Source: Oscillospiraceae bacterium
GTDB taxonomy: Bacteria > Bacillota > Clostridia > Oscillospirales > Ruminococcaceae
Length of the DNA: 64,000 bases
NCBI GenBank assembly: GCA_022787085.1
Contig: JALFVE010000005.1
Location: 12,142-76,141, forward strand
Direction: 5' to 3'
This document shows, piece by piece, positions 37,556 to 48,900 of the stretch; the first letter of the stretch is position 1; each line of letters starts with the position of its first letter. The notes under the pieces were generated by a model, which was given only the letters and a program-made list of their open reading frames with translations, did no database searches and had not been told where the DNA came from. A program made the translations under genes and the position numbers.

Positions 37556-37607
37556 TGTAAAAATAGTTTTACACTGTAATTATAACATTTTCAGCCCTTT
37601 AATTCAA
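37556..37607 (-). promoter_or_regulatory. Surface-protein promoter with downstream TGTAAA-N6-TTTACA palindrome
   Basis: TTGAAT (37607-37602), 17 bp, TATAAT (37584-37579); palindrome at 37556-37573. Confidence 0.65.
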
Positions 37608-37808
37608 TTGGCATATTAACAAATTGAGCCTGTTATTTTAGTGCAATTATCCAACATTATTCCTATTTATGTCAAACTCATAAACATTTTTTGTAATAAG
37701 TGATTCATCAAAATAATTCTCATTTTCCTATTGCATTTTTCCGAAAAAAATAGTATAATTGAAATGTATATGTATAATTTCAATTTACACAAAAGGAATG
37801 ATAAAAAA

Positions 37809-39152
37809 ATGTCAGTAAGAGTTGGAATGGTATCTCTCGGCTGCTCGAAAAATCAGGTGGACGCAGAGAGAATGTTATATAAGCTGAATGAAAAGGGCTA
37901 TCAACTGGTGGGTGACGCCGCACTTGCAGACGTGGCGATAATCAACACCTGCGGCTTTATCGAGTCCGCCAAGCAGGAGGCTATCGAGACTATCCTCGAG
38001 TTTGCCACCCTCAAAAAAGAGGGACGTATCAAGAAAATAATCATCACAGGCTGCCTTGCCGAGCGCTACAAGGAAGAGGTCCTTTCCGAGATACCCGAGG
38101 CGGACGCTGTTGTGGGGATCGGCTCAAATGACCACATCTGCGATATCGTTGAAAAGGTCATGAACGGCGATCAGCTCACAAGCTTCGACAGCAAATTAAA
38201 TCTGGGTCTGACAGGCGGCAGGATACAGACCACCCTTTCATTTTATTCATATCTGAAAATTGCGGACGGCTGCTCAAACTGCTGCTCCTACTGTGCTATC
38301 CCCTCTATCAGAGGAAAAATGCGCAGCGTTCCCATGGAAAAGCTGGTTGAAGAAGCGCAGGAGCTTGCTGTCAACGGCGTGAGAGAGCTTATCGTTATCG
38401 CTCAGGACAGCACACGCTACGGCGAGGATATCTATGGAAAGCCCATGCTTCCCGAGCTTCTTACAAAGCTCTGCGGCATTCCCCAGCTCAAGTGGATAAG
38501 AGTGCTTTACTGCTATCCCGAGCGCATTTCCGACGAGCTTATTGACGTAATGGCAAAAGAGGAAAAGATTGTTAAATACATAGATATGCCCATTCAGCAC
38601 TGCGACGGGGAGATCCTTTCCCGAATGAACCGCTCGGGTGACGAGGCTTCTCTCAGGGCGCTTGTTGCAAAGCTCAGAGAGCGTATTCCCGGAATAATCC
38701 TCAGAACCACCCTTATAACAGGCTTCCCCGGGGAGACCGAGGAGCAGTTTGACCGCTTAGCTCATTTTGTTAAGGATATGGAATTTGACAGGCTGGGCTG
38801 CTTCCCCTATTCCGCCGAGGAGGGCACAAAGGCGGCTCTCATGGACGGTCAGCTGGACGATGAAACAAAGGAGCACCGCTCCGACATTATCATGGAGCAG
38901 CAGATGGTCATTATGAACGAGAAAAATCACAAGCTCCGTGATAAGGTCATCGAGGTGGTTGTGGAGGGCTTCGACCGTTACGGCGAATGTTATTTCGGAA
39001 GAAGCGCTGCGGACGCTCCCGATATTGACGGAAAGATTTTCTTTACCTCGAAAAAGCGCCGCCTTGTTCCCGGGACCTTTGTAAACGTTCATATCAACGA
39101 GATAATGGACTACGACCTGATTGGAGATGTTACAGATGAATCTGCCCAATAA
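37809..39152 (+). CDS. rimO: Ribosomal protein S12 methylthiotransferase
   Basis: SLGCSKNQVD, NTCGFI, GCLAERY, KIADGCSNCCSYC radical-SAM motif, DAPDIDG TRAM; start ATG 37809. Confidence 0.95.
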   Translation: MSVRVGMVSLGCSKNQVDAERMLYKLNEKGYQLVGDAALADVAIINTCGFIESAKQEAIETILEFATLKKEGRIKKIIITGCLAERYKEEVLSEIPEADAVVGIGSNDHICDIVEKVMNGDQLTSFDSKLNLGLTGGRIQTTLSFYSYLKIADGCSNCCSYCAIPSIRGKMRSVPMEKLVEEAQELAVNGVRELIVIAQDSTRYGEDIYGKPMLPELLTKLCGIPQLKWIRVLYCYPERISDELIDVMAKEEKIVKYIDMPIQHCDGEILSRMNRSGDEASLRALVAKLRERIPGIILRTTLITGFPGETEEQFDRLAHFVKDMEFDRLGCFPYSAEEGTKAALMDGQLDDETKEHRSDIIMEQQMVIMNEKNHKLRDKVIEVVVEGFDRYGECYFGRSAADAPDIDGKIFFTSKKRRLVPGTFVNVHINEIMDYDLIGDVTDESAQ

Positions 39153-39702
39153 GCTTACTGTGGCAAGAGTTGTGCTTGTGCCCTTCTTTATTTTCTTCCT
39201 GCTGACGGATATCGTTCCTATGAGCTGCCTGTGGGCGCTTATCGTGTTTGCTCTCGCTTCAATTACCGACGCTCTGGACGGGCATATCGCAAGAAGCAGG
39301 AATCTTGTGACCAATTTCGGAAAATTCCTTGACCCCTTAGCTGACAAGGTGCTTGTAATCTCGGCGCTGGTCTGCTTTGTGGAGATGGGGCTTGCGGGAG
39401 CCGTTCCCGTTATCATCATTATCGCAAGGGAATTTATGGTTTCGGGGCTGAGACTCGTTACCGCAGGAGAGGGCGTTGTTGTGGCTGCGGGCATCTGGGG
39501 CAAGCTCAAAACGGCTTTTACCATGGCGGCGATCGTTATTATCCTGCTGTTTGCGGTCCTGTTCGGAACAGACCCCGCAGGATATGCGCCTTGGGCTGTG
39601 ATAACCGAGCAGGTGCTTATCTGGATATCAACCGTTCTGACTATCATTTCGGGTCTTATCTACCTGAACGGCTACAAGAGCTATATCAATACCGATAAAT
39701 AA
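39136..39702 (+). CDS. pgsA: CDP-diacylglycerol--glycerol-3-phosphate 3-phosphatidyltransferase
   Basis: MNLPNKLT, TDALDGHIAR...GKFLDPLADK, GKLKT. Confidence 0.96.
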   Translation: MNLPNKLTVARVVLVPFFIFFLLTDIVPMSCLWALIVFALASITDALDGHIARSRNLVTNFGKFLDPLADKVLVISALVCFVEMGLAGAVPVIIIIAREFMVSGLRLVTAGEGVVVAAGIWGKLKTAFTMAAIVIILLFAVLFGTDPAGYAPWAVITEQVLIWISTVLTIISGLIYLNGYKSYINTDK

Positions 39703-39706
39703 AATA

Positions 39707-39741
39707 ATCCCCCGAAATTTTCCGTTTCGGGGGATTTTTTT
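39707..39741. terminator. Bidirectional terminator pgsA/iscU
   Basis: ATCCCCCGAAA/TTTCGGGGGAT plus T-run. Confidence 0.8.
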
Positions 39742-39745
39742 AATC

Positions 39746-40174
39746 TTATTCGTGGCAGGCTTCACATTCTGCGATCTTTCCCACAATAGGCTCCGGGTCA
39801 ACGCCCTGCCTTTTGTAATAATCCGCAATTGCGCTCTTGAGCGCCTGCTCCGCAAGCACCGAGCAGTGTATCTTTGAAGCGGGGAGACCGTCAAGGGCTT
39901 CAACCACTGCCTTATTTGTGAGCTTCAATGCATCGTCAATGCTCTTGCCCATTATCATCTCGGTAGCCATTGAGGATGTGGCAACAGCCGCTCCGCAGCC
40001 GAAGGTCTTGAATTTCACATCGGATATTACTCCGTTGTCCACTTTTATATACATTTTCATAATATCGCCGCACTTTGCATTTCCCACCTCGCCGATTCCG
40101 TCGGCGTTTTCAATCTCGCCCACGTTGCGGGGATTGGCAAAATGGTCCATTACCTTTTCGCTGTACAGCATCAT
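39746..40174 (-). CDS. iscU: Fe-S cluster scaffold (NifU/IscU type)
   Basis: YSEKVMDHF.NPRN, CGD, FGCG, KIHCS. Confidence 0.93.
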   Translation of the reverse strand: MMLYSEKVMDHFANPRNVGEIENADGIGEVGNAKCGDIMKMYIKVDNGVISDVKFKTFGCGAAVATSSMATEMIMGKSIDDALKLTNKAVVEALDGLPASKIHCSVLAEQALKSAIADYYKRQGVDPEPIVGKIAECEACHE

Positions 40175-40188
40175 AATTATCAGACTCC

Positions 40189-41415
40189 TTATTCTACGGG
40201 GGAAACAAAGCTCAGAAGCTTTTCCGTTCCCGTCCTTTTGTTTTTGATATCCTCCCAGAGAGGAGACATATTTCTTATCTTTTCAACCACGCTTGTTACC
40301 GTCTCGATGATATAATCGCCGTCCTCCATGGTGATGGGGTCGGCAATAGAGAGCCTCATTGAGCCGTGTGCTACCTCGTGGGGCAGTCCAAGAGACAGCA
40401 GAACATGAGAGGGGTCAAGTGAGCCGCTGGTGCAGGCAGAGCCGCTGGAGGCACATATTCCGTTCATATCCAGCATGAGCAGAAGAGACTCGCCCTCAAC
40501 GCCAAGGAAGGAAATATTGATATTTCCCGCAAGGCGGTGCTCCCTGTCGCCGTTTAAGCGGGCTGCGGGGACATTTTTCAGAATACCGTCAATGATGTGA
40601 TCTCTGATTTTGGTGATACGTTCGGTCTTTTCGGGGATATTTCCGCAGGCGTCCTCAACGGCACGGGCAAGTCCCACAATTGCAGGGACATTTTCCGTTC
40701 CCGCACGTCTGCCCTTTTCCTGACCGCCGCCGTAAATGAGATTCGGCAGGACGATCCCCTTTTTCACATAGAGAAAGCCGATGCCCTTCTGTGCGTGAAT
40801 CTTATGACCCGACATACTCATCATGTCAATGCCCTGCTCCGCCACATTTATAGGAATATTTCCCACTGCCTGAACGGCGTCGGTGTGGAAAAGAACGCCC
40901 TTCCTGTGGCAGACCTCAGCAATTTCGGGGATAGGCATGATCGTGCCGATCTCGTTATTTGCGTACATTATTGTAACAAGAGCGGTGTCCTCCCTGATGG
41001 CGCTTTCCACCTGCTCGGGGGTCACAATGCCCTTTTCGCCCACGGGGAGATATGTTACCTCAAAGCCCCGCTTTTCAAGAAGCTGACAGGTGTGGAGGAC
41101 GGCATGATGCTCGAAAGCAGTTGTGATAATATGCTTTTTGCCCTTCTGAGCCATTTTCTCCGCAGCGCCTCTGATAGCCCAGTTGTCCGACTCGGAGCCG
41201 CCGCCTGTGAAGTATATTTCCGCAGGCTGACAGCCGAATACTGCCGCAATACGCTCTCTTGCAGTCTCGATGGCACGTCCTGCGTTTCTTCCCAGCCTGT
41301 AAATGCTTGAGGGATTGCCGTAATTCTCGGTAAAATAGGGCAGCATTTCCTTTAAAACGCTTTCGGAAACCTGCGTTGTTGCCGAATTATCGGCGTAAAT
41401 AAATCGTTTTTCCAT
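40189..41415 (-). CDS. iscS: Cysteine desulfurase (NifS/IscS type)
   Basis: [38 protein letters not shown]. Confidence 0.96.
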   Translation of the reverse strand: MEKRFIYADNSATTQVSESVLKEMLPYFTENYGNPSSIYRLGRNAGRAIETARERIAAVFGCQPAEIYFTGGGSESDNWAIRGAAEKMAQKGKKHIITTAFEHHAVLHTCQLLEKRGFEVTYLPVGEKGIVTPEQVESAIREDTALVTIMYANNEIGTIMPIPEIAEVCHRKGVLFHTDAVQAVGNIPINVAEQGIDMMSMSGHKIHAQKGIGFLYVKKGIVLPNLIYGGGQEKGRRAGTENVPAIVGLARAVEDACGNIPEKTERITKIRDHIIDGILKNVPAARLNGDREHRLAGNINISFLGVEGESLLLMLDMNGICASSGSACTSGSLDPSHVLLSLGLPHEVAHGSMRLSIADPITMEDGDYIIETVTSVVEKIRNMSPLWEDIKNKRTGTEKLLSFVSPVE

Positions 41416-41513
41416 TTCTGCTCGACCTTTCGGAGTTATTTATTATAATTCCTTTCGGATTAGTATGATTTACACAGATAAAAAAGCTCTGCATCTTTAC
41501 CTGCTCTGAATTT

Positions 41514-41542
41514 ATTATATACCTTTTCAGTGTGAATTACAA
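41514..41542 (-). promoter_or_regulatory. SigA promoter of iscSU
   Basis: TTGTAA (41542-41537), 17 bp, TATAAT (41519-41514). Confidence 0.65.
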
Positions 41543-41609
41543 TAGCTTTGCAGTTATTTTTACCTTTTGCACAGTTTTTATACCTATTTTTTGACACTGT
41601 TTTGCTAAT

Positions 41610-42386
41610 CTATCTCCCTCTGTACTCGCTCGGGGTCATTCCCATTCTCCGCCTGAACAGCCTCATGAAGCAGACGTCATTTTCATAGCCGCAGAGGGCG
41701 GCGATTTCTCTGACGGTGAGGGCGGTGTTTTTCAGATAATACTTAGCCGCCTTTATCCTTGCGGAAAGCAGGTCATCATAGCAGCTCACCCCGAACTGCT
41801 CCCTGTAAAGCTGCTGAAAATGGCTGGGGCTCAGATTTACCGCTCGGGCAAGGTCGGACACAGAGCCGAAGCTTCCCGCATTGCTGTAAAGCTCGGCTCT
41901 CAGAGCGCCCAGAGCTGAGCTGTGAACGCCGAACGGCTCAGCGGTATTTTTCTTTTTCAGACCTTCGGCAATTTTTAAAATCAGCATTTTTATCAGCATA
42001 TCCATATAGCTCCCCTTGAAGGGCGAATCGGACATTTCCTCCCTGCTTATCATCCGCATAAGCTCCTCCGCCTCGCTGCAGTCCCCGAGGGGAATCACCC
42101 TGTTAAGAGGAAACCCCGCAGAGGCAAAAAAATCCTCCTCCCCTGTGCAGTCCATATGAAGAAAATGATTTACATACCTGTTTCCGCAGGCTTTATATCG
42201 CTGTGGAACGCCCTTTTTATATAAAATTGCGCTGCGGGGCGGGGCGATCACATCGCCGTCCTCAAGAGATACCATTGCTTCGGTCATAAATATCAGCAGA
42301 AGCTCGTCCCCCGAGCCGCAGGGACGGTCAATGGAAAAATCCCTGTCATGGCAGTAGCTCAGTCCCATTGCATGGAAAGTCATCAT
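41610..42386 (-). CDS. AraC family transcriptional regulator
   Basis: Cupin-like N-terminus; LARAVNLSPSHF...ARIKAAKYYL...CGY...F.R.F...G.TPSEYR. Confidence 0.93.
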   Translation of the reverse strand: MMTFHAMGLSYCHDRDFSIDRPCGSGDELLLIFMTEAMVSLEDGDVIAPPRSAILYKKGVPQRYKACGNRYVNHFLHMDCTGEEDFFASAGFPLNRVIPLGDCSEAEELMRMISREEMSDSPFKGSYMDMLIKMLILKIAEGLKKKNTAEPFGVHSSALGALRAELYSNAGSFGSVSDLARAVNLSPSHFQQLYREQFGVSCYDDLLSARIKAAKYYLKNTALTVREIAALCGYENDVCFMRLFRRRMGMTPSEYRGR

Positions 42387-42503
42387 ATCGGTTCACCTAT
42401 AATCGTAGGATTTATCAGTATAATAATATGATACGTCATTGCAAATCATTTGTCAAGGTGGGATAATATAATCAGTAAAAATTTTTCGGAAAGGAAAACC
42501 GCC

Positions 42504-43979
42504 ATGAAAAAAATATCCATGCTCATTAACGCACAGGACAGAATTTCCCACATCAGCCCCGAAATTTACGGGCATTTCTCCGAGCATCTGGGCAGATGCA
42601 TCTACAACGGCATTTACGTTGGTGAGGATTCCCCTATCCCGAACACCGACGGAATCAGGAACGACATTATCGAGGCATTCAAAAAAATTAAGCTCCCCGT
42701 ACTCCGCTGGCCCGGCGGCTGCTTTGCGGACGAATATCACTGGAAGGACGGAATCGGAGAAAAAGCAAGCCGCAAGAAGATAATCAACACCAACTGGGGC
42801 GGCGTTTCCGAGGATAATTCCTTCGGCACCCATGAATTCATGCGCCTTTGCGAGCTGGTGGGCTGCGAGCCGTACATCTCGGGAAATGTGGGCAGCGGAA
42901 CCGTTCAGGAGCTTTCCGAATGGGTGGAGTACATGACTCTGGAGGGCGGCTCTCCAATGTCCGAGCTTCGCAGGAAAAACGGTAGAGAAAAGCCATGGAA
43001 GCTCAGATACTTAGGCATCGGCAATGAAAACTGGGGCTGCGGCGGAAATATGCGTGCGGAATATTATGTTGACGAATACCGCCGTTATCAGAGCTTCTGC
43101 AAGAATTACTCGGGCAACGAGCTTTTCAAGATTGCCTGCGGTCCGAGCAGCGACGATTACAGCTGGACCGATACTATTATGAAAAATCTCGGCAGCTGTC
43201 AGACCCGAGGCATATCTCTCCACTACTACACCATTCCCACAGGCGAATGGAGCAAAAAGGGCAGCGCAAGGGAATTTGACAGCGAGCTTTATTACAGCAC
43301 TATTTCAAAGACCCTTTACATGGACGAGCTTATCACCCGTCACAGCGAAATAATGAACCGCTATGACCCCAAAAACGAGATAGGTCTGATGGTTGACGAA
43401 TGGGGCTGCTGGTATGACGTTGAGGAGGGCACAAATCCCGGCTTTCTCTATCAGCAGAACACCATGCGTGACGCCATTGTTGCAGCCTGCAATCTGAACA
43501 TCTTCAACAGGCACAGCAGGAGAGTTGTAATGGCAAATCTTGCGCAGGCAGTAAATGTACTGCAGTCGCTTATCCTCACCGAGGGCGAAAAGCTTGTAAA
43601 AACTCCCACATATCACGTTTTCGATCTATTCAAGGAGCATCAGGACGGCGAGCTTGTTTACTGCTTCAGCACCAACGAGATGATCGGCGAAAAGGACAGG
43701 ATACCTCTTCTCTCAAGCTCCGCTTCCCTCAAGGACGGCGTAATGACCATCACTCTGGCAAACTGCTCTATCGAGGACAGCGCAGAAATATCCTGCGATA
43801 TCAGAGGCTTTGAATGTTCCGAGGCATCCGCCCGTATTCTTACGGGAGAGGTGCATACCTGCAATGATTTTGACGCTCCCGACAGAATTTCACCCGACGA
43901 ATATGCCGTTAAGCTTGAAAACGGCGTTCTCTCCGCTGAGCTGCCTCCCTGCTCGGTCGTTACCGTTACCGTAAGATGA
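42504..43979 (+). CDS. Intracellular alpha-L-arabinofuranosidase, GH51
   Basis: [39 protein letters not shown]; no signal peptide; start ATG 42504. Confidence 0.95.
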   Translation: MKKISMLINAQDRISHISPEIYGHFSEHLGRCIYNGIYVGEDSPIPNTDGIRNDIIEAFKKIKLPVLRWPGGCFADEYHWKDGIGEKASRKKIINTNWGGVSEDNSFGTHEFMRLCELVGCEPYISGNVGSGTVQELSEWVEYMTLEGGSPMSELRRKNGREKPWKLRYLGIGNENWGCGGNMRAEYYVDEYRRYQSFCKNYSGNELFKIACGPSSDDYSWTDTIMKNLGSCQTRGISLHYYTIPTGEWSKKGSAREFDSELYYSTISKTLYMDELITRHSEIMNRYDPKNEIGLMVDEWGCWYDVEEGTNPGFLYQQNTMRDAIVAACNLNIFNRHSRRVVMANLAQAVNVLQSLILTEGEKLVKTPTYHVFDLFKEHQDGELVYCFSTNEMIGEKDRIPLLSSSASLKDGVMTITLANCSIEDSAEISCDIRGFECSEASARILTGEVHTCNDFDAPDRISPDEYAVKLENGVLSAELPPCSVVTVTVR

Positions 43980-44230
43980 ACAGACATTTCTGCAAGAGAT
44001 GCTTTTTTGCGGAGCTTGATCCGAGCGGCATTTACAGGGAAATATCCGACCTGATATCCGCTCTCCCCGCCGAAAAAAGGACGGATGAAAAGGAATACCG
44101 CCGCCGCCTTGAGCTATGCGGCAGATGTTCCTCTCTCGGGGAAGGCACCTGCGGAAAATGTGGCTGCTTCGTTGAGCTTCGGGCTGCAAAAAAGGATATG
44201 CACTGTCCCCACGAAATATCAAAATGGTAA
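43976..44230 (+). CDS. Small Cys-rich protein (DUF6171-like)
   Basis: CKRC...RLELCGRC...[14 protein letters not shown]...CP; ATGA overlap with the GH51 stop. Confidence 0.75.
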   Translation: MNRHFCKRCFFAELDPSGIYREISDLISALPAEKRTDEKEYRRRLELCGRCSSLGEGTCGKCGCFVELRAAKKDMHCPHEISKW

Positions 44231-44269
44231 AAAAATGCGGCGTTCATTTCAAAATGAACGCCGTAATTA

Positions 44270-45358
44270 TTATTCAAAAACCACCTTATTCTTGCCCGAT
44301 TTCTTACCGCAGTAAAGGCGGTCGTCCGCAAGACCGATTATCTCCTCAATGCTTCCCGCCTCGGTGCTTTCTGCAGCTCCCGCAGTGACGGTACATTTGA
44401 TGATATTATCCTCGCTCTTGATCTCCAGCCCTTCGATCTGCGCCCTGATACGCTCGGCAACAAGCGCAGCGCCGCTGAGAGGCGTTCCCTCCGCAAGAAT
44501 AAGTATCTCCTCGCCGCCCCATCGACAGACTGAATCATTCTCTCTCAGTATGGAAATAATAGCTTCCGAAAGCTTTCTCAGGACCTCGTCTCCGCTGTTA
44601 TGACCGTAGGTGTCGTTTATTCTCTTGAAATCATCAATATCACAGATGATGACCGAAAAGGTCTTGCCCGAAGCGGAGGCATTTCCTAAGATTTTGTCCA
44701 TGCTTCTGCGGTTGTAAAGCCCCGTAAGAGCGTCAATACCTGCGATCTTGTCAAGTCTTGCATTCTGCTCCTCGAGAACTGATCTTGAAAATTGTATCTC
44801 CCGCAGGAAAAACAGGGAGAAAAACAGCAGAAGTCCGAAAACAATGAAGGTATTAAAGATATAAATATATGTAGCCGCTCTTTCGGAAATGACATAAATC
44901 GGCTCTATCCTGTAGGAAATGACCTTGCAGATAACAAAGGTCAGCAGGCAGCACAGACCGATAAGCAGGGATTCATGCAGCCCTGCGCTTTCGTCCAGCG
45001 AAAAATGCATATAGAATATCACAGGCATGATACCGATAATGTACAAAGGAAAACCGGGCGCCCAGCCCACAAGAATAGTGGCAATGTATGAATGAAGGCA
45101 TATTTCCACAAAGGCTATGTAATAAAACAGGATATATCGTTCCCGCTTTACGAGAATACCGCAGAGAAGATAACAAATTGTGCTTCCGATATTGAAAAGC
45201 ACCATGCTGTAAACGCCCACCGAGGCGAAAATGAATATCAGCAGGAAATGTACCACAGCGGCGCACCATTGAAGAATGGTGTATTTTATCCTGTTGGTGA
45301 CAGCAGCTCCGTCAACAAATATTTTTGAGAAAAACTTGGTTTCTATTCCTTCCTTCAA
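44270..45358 (-). CDS. Membrane-bound diguanylate cyclase
   Basis: About 6 TM; DALTGLYNRR, DIDDFKRINDTYGH, REND I-site, RWGGEE. Confidence 0.92.
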   Translation of the reverse strand: MKEGIETKFFSKIFVDGAAVTNRIKYTILQWCAAVVHFLLIFIFASVGVYSMVLFNIGSTICYLLCGILVKRERYILFYYIAFVEICLHSYIATILVGWAPGFPLYIIGIMPVIFYMHFSLDESAGLHESLLIGLCCLLTFVICKVISYRIEPIYVISERAATYIYIFNTFIVFGLLLFFSLFFLREIQFSRSVLEEQNARLDKIAGIDALTGLYNRRSMDKILGNASASGKTFSVIICDIDDFKRINDTYGHNSGDEVLRKLSEAIISILRENDSVCRWGGEEILILAEGTPLSGAALVAERIRAQIEGLEIKSEDNIIKCTVTAGAAESTEAGSIEEIIGLADDRLYCGKKSGKNKVVFE

Positions 45359-45690
45359 TGTGCCGTTCCTCCTGTCTGATGGGATACTTTAAACAATATA
45401 TCGGCAAAGCAATTGTAAAACTTTAGTAAAATTCCCGCATTTTCTGTCAGGTCATTCCCGATTTGTTGATTCTGACAATTATATAAATCAATTTTCATGC
45501 AAAATATGGAACGAATAAATCTCCCTGCAATATCAGATAATAAACTCGAGGAAGATCCTCAGGGTTTGCATTTTCCGCAGAAAGGCACAGTACATTCTCT
45601 GCGGAGATCACAGGAGCGCCGTCGGGCATTTTCAAGGTTTGACAAAGCCTGTCGGCGTTCCATTATATTATATAAAGGTAGGTCTAAAAT

Positions 45691-45903
45691 ATGTTTGACA
45701 AGATAGCTCTGATCCTGCTGATAATCGGCGGACTCAACTGGGGTCTTGTGGGAATATTCAGCTTTGACCTTGTAGCATGGCTTTTCGGCGGAACAGGTGC
45801 GCTTCTGAGCAGAGTAGTGTATATCTTAGTCGCTCTGTCGGCGGTATGGTGCATCACACTGCTTTTCAGAGAGCCTGCGGGAGCGGAAGCAAGAGGACAC
45901 TGA
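45691..45903 (+). CDS. DUF378 small membrane protein
   Basis: IIGGLNWGLVGIF.FDLVA.LFG...SRVVYILV; TTGACA at 45639 upstream. Confidence 0.9.
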   Translation: MFDKIALILLIIGGLNWGLVGIFSFDLVAWLFGGTGALLSRVVYILVALSAVWCITLLFREPAGAEARGH

Positions 45904-45965
45904 CGCAAATCAGAAAACTAAAGGGACGGGAAATAAGCCGTAAAAAGCCTGTTTCCCGTCTCACC

Positions 45966-48900
45966 TTATTCAGCCAATCCCAAAAGATTATATGGATCGT
46001 CAAATCCGGGGGTAACAGCCACATCCTCAGAAGTCATAGGCTGTGATTCCTCGGCAGCGGGAGCTTCCTCGGGAACGTCCGCAGAATAAGCAGCGCCGCT
46101 GTTTGTAAACTCTGCGGAGCCGTCTCCGTAGCAGGAATATTCGCACCTGCCCAGATAATCAGCCGCTCCCCTGACAATTGCCTCGGCAATGCCGTTCTGA
46201 TGGGTAGGGTCTGCAAGAGCCATAGCCTCGGTGTAATTGGTAACGAATGCACATTCGATAAGCACAGAGGGGAAATCCTGCTGCTGGGTCACAAAGAAAT
46301 AGTTATACTGCTCACCTCTGTCCATTCCCTCCGCCATGTCAACATTATTGCCGAGATATGAGCCGATACGCGCGGAAATTCGGTCGGCAAGGGGCTGAGA
46401 GAAGGGCGTGAAGTAATAAGCCTCCGCTCCCCTTGCGCTTTCTCCTGCGGCATTGCAGTGAATGGCGAGGAAAAGATCGGGATTATACTGCCTTGCAATG
46501 GAAGCTCTCTGAGCCGTTACATAAGTCTCGCTCTCGGTTTTCAGGCGGATAACATTGGCGCCCTCCGCCTCAAGCTTTGATGCCACAAGCTTTGCAATGG
46601 CAAGATTTGCCTCCTGCTCCTTGATATGACCCACGGCTCCCGGGTCAAACTGTGACGCACCCGTATATCCGTGACCCGGGTCAATGACAACAGTAGCGCC
46701 GTTTAATGAGCTGCGGCAGCCGTTAAAGCGGAAGGTGAGATTTCCCTCACCGTCATAGGACGAGGTAACTCCCCCGAAAATACCCGACTGTCTCAGAGTA
46801 AGGGTGAGCCTTGTTTTTGTAAGCTCTCCCGATTCATAGGTATCCCACACGCCCTCGGTAAATACGGCGCTGTCCGGGAATTTAATGCTGCTTGCGGAAA
46901 TGCTCGTAACATAATCAAAGGTGATAACAAGGGCTGTGGCATTAAATGAGGATACATAATGCCCGCCGTTGTTTCCGTCGGTATAGTTTACCCCCGAAAA
47001 GGACATTGCAAAGGGCACCCTTGAATTTGTGCGAAGCTTTAATAATGTGTCCGTGCCGTCCTTCCCTGCGCTTGCAACACTGATGGGATTTGAGCCTAAG
47101 GGCTTGTTGTCAAGGACATTCACATCGCTGACCCTTATTCTCTTTCCCGAATTTGTAAGGTAATAATCCGTTCCCGAATAGCTAACGGTCTTGACCTGAT
47201 AATCAAGAGTTCCCGCAGGGAGCCTTGCCATATCGGGAGTGGGATTGGTGCTGGTGGTCTTTGCATTATAGACCATGGTATTGTCATTTTTTACTTCAAG
47301 GAGTTTTCCGCTGTAATCGTTAAGTATCTCAGCAAGTGCGTTTACAATAATTCGGCTGCCTGTCCTTGTCTCGTTGAAATCACCCGTTTTCGTGTGATAG
47401 CAGCCGTAGAAGGTCACACTGCCAAGGTCTATATCCTGCCCCTTGATGCCTGCGGGAGCGATATAGGTGCCCACATATTTTGTATAATTGGAGTTGGGGT
47501 CAAGCTCATCTGTCTGACCGTCAACAGGCTTTAATTCAACGCTTTTGCCGTTTATCTCCGCAGTAACGTCAGAGCCTTTATAAGCAATTGCACTGAAGGT
47601 GATGGCAGACTGCTCCTCCACACGCATTTCCGAAACATCGGGCTCAACGCTTTTGAGAACGTTCACCGTTCTTGTTATCTTGTATGTAACGCTCTTGCCC
47701 TTGTTTTTGAATGTAAAGGTGTTCACGCCCACGTCAAGGTCCATATTGAAGTAGAAGCGTCCCGCCTCATTCAGCTCGATAGGCTCACCCTGAAAATAAA
47801 TTGTGAAATTGGGGTCAAAGGAGCCTGCGAAAATAACAGTCGGCTCCTCCGTCTTGAAGGTGGTCGTAAGAGGGAGGGTCATTTCCAGCTCGTTGTTCAG
47901 ACCCTCTCGGTCTATCTGGTCGTTGAAATGCTTCACAAGCACCGTGGTAGATTCCTCTGCATTTGCCTCAAGGGATGAAAGGGAATTGAAAACGCTGCCT
48001 ATGCAGGAATCAAACTCATCCGCCTTTATGACCTGCTTTACAAGCTCATCGGGAGAGCCCCAGCCTGTGTAATCCGAGCAGACTCTTTCATTGATGTGGT
48101 CAACGATCATGGGAACGCCCGCAGCCTGAGCCTTTTCGTTCCACCAGCTGACCACGTCCTCGAAGGGCATTGTCTCGCTGCCGAAGGAGCCCTCCGCCTT
48201 AACGAGGATAAAGTCCGCATAGCCCTTGTTTATGTATCCCAGAGTGTCCGCATATCCATCGGTGAGAGCCTCGAAGCTCACAGATGTCTCGCTGCCGCCC
48301 TCTGCAGTGGTGTAATTCGCCCAGATATCGTTAATGGAAATTCCCACGGGAACGCTGTTGCTTGTCCTTCTCACAGCGTCGGAAACAAGGCTGAAAACAT
48401 AGGCGCCGTTATCCATGAGCCAGTTGTCATAGCCAATTCCCGAACCGTTTTCGATATAATTTGCAAAGCTTGCGCCATCCCGCTTGGAATAGTAGCCGTC
48501 AATAATAATTCCGTCAACGGGATATTTTACAGTAAAGCTGTGAGCGTCAAGAGCAAGGCGGTCTATCCTTGCCTTGGCGGTCTCCTCGGTTATCCCCGCA
48601 AGAGCGGAGGCGATATTGAAGGTAACATACACATACATACCCCGCTCCGAGGCTCTTTCCACGCATATCTCCGCAGGAGAGCGCAGAGCGGTCTTGTTGA
48701 CGTTTAAGCTGTAATAAATGTCATTCTCGTCGGATGTGGAAATGATAACGGCATTGAGGCTCTTTTCCTGAGCCATATCGAGAGCCCTGTCAATGCCCGC
48801 AGCGATCTCCTCCTCGGAAAGCATTTCCCCGTTTTCGTCCGTAACGGAAAAATCCTTCTCGGGATTTATGTAAACACCTCTCACCTCATCTGGGAAGGAG

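Noticed and set aside
41416-41513. SAM or T-box riboswitch in the iscS leader (repeated TCCGAAAGG)
   Set aside because: No SAM-I or T-box consensus and no terminator; the leader is only ~95 nt.
45497-45706. 69-aa ORF upstream of DUF378
   Set aside because: No SD or family motif, and it overlaps the DUF378 promoter; the hairpin at ~45561-45605 matched no RNA family I recognise.
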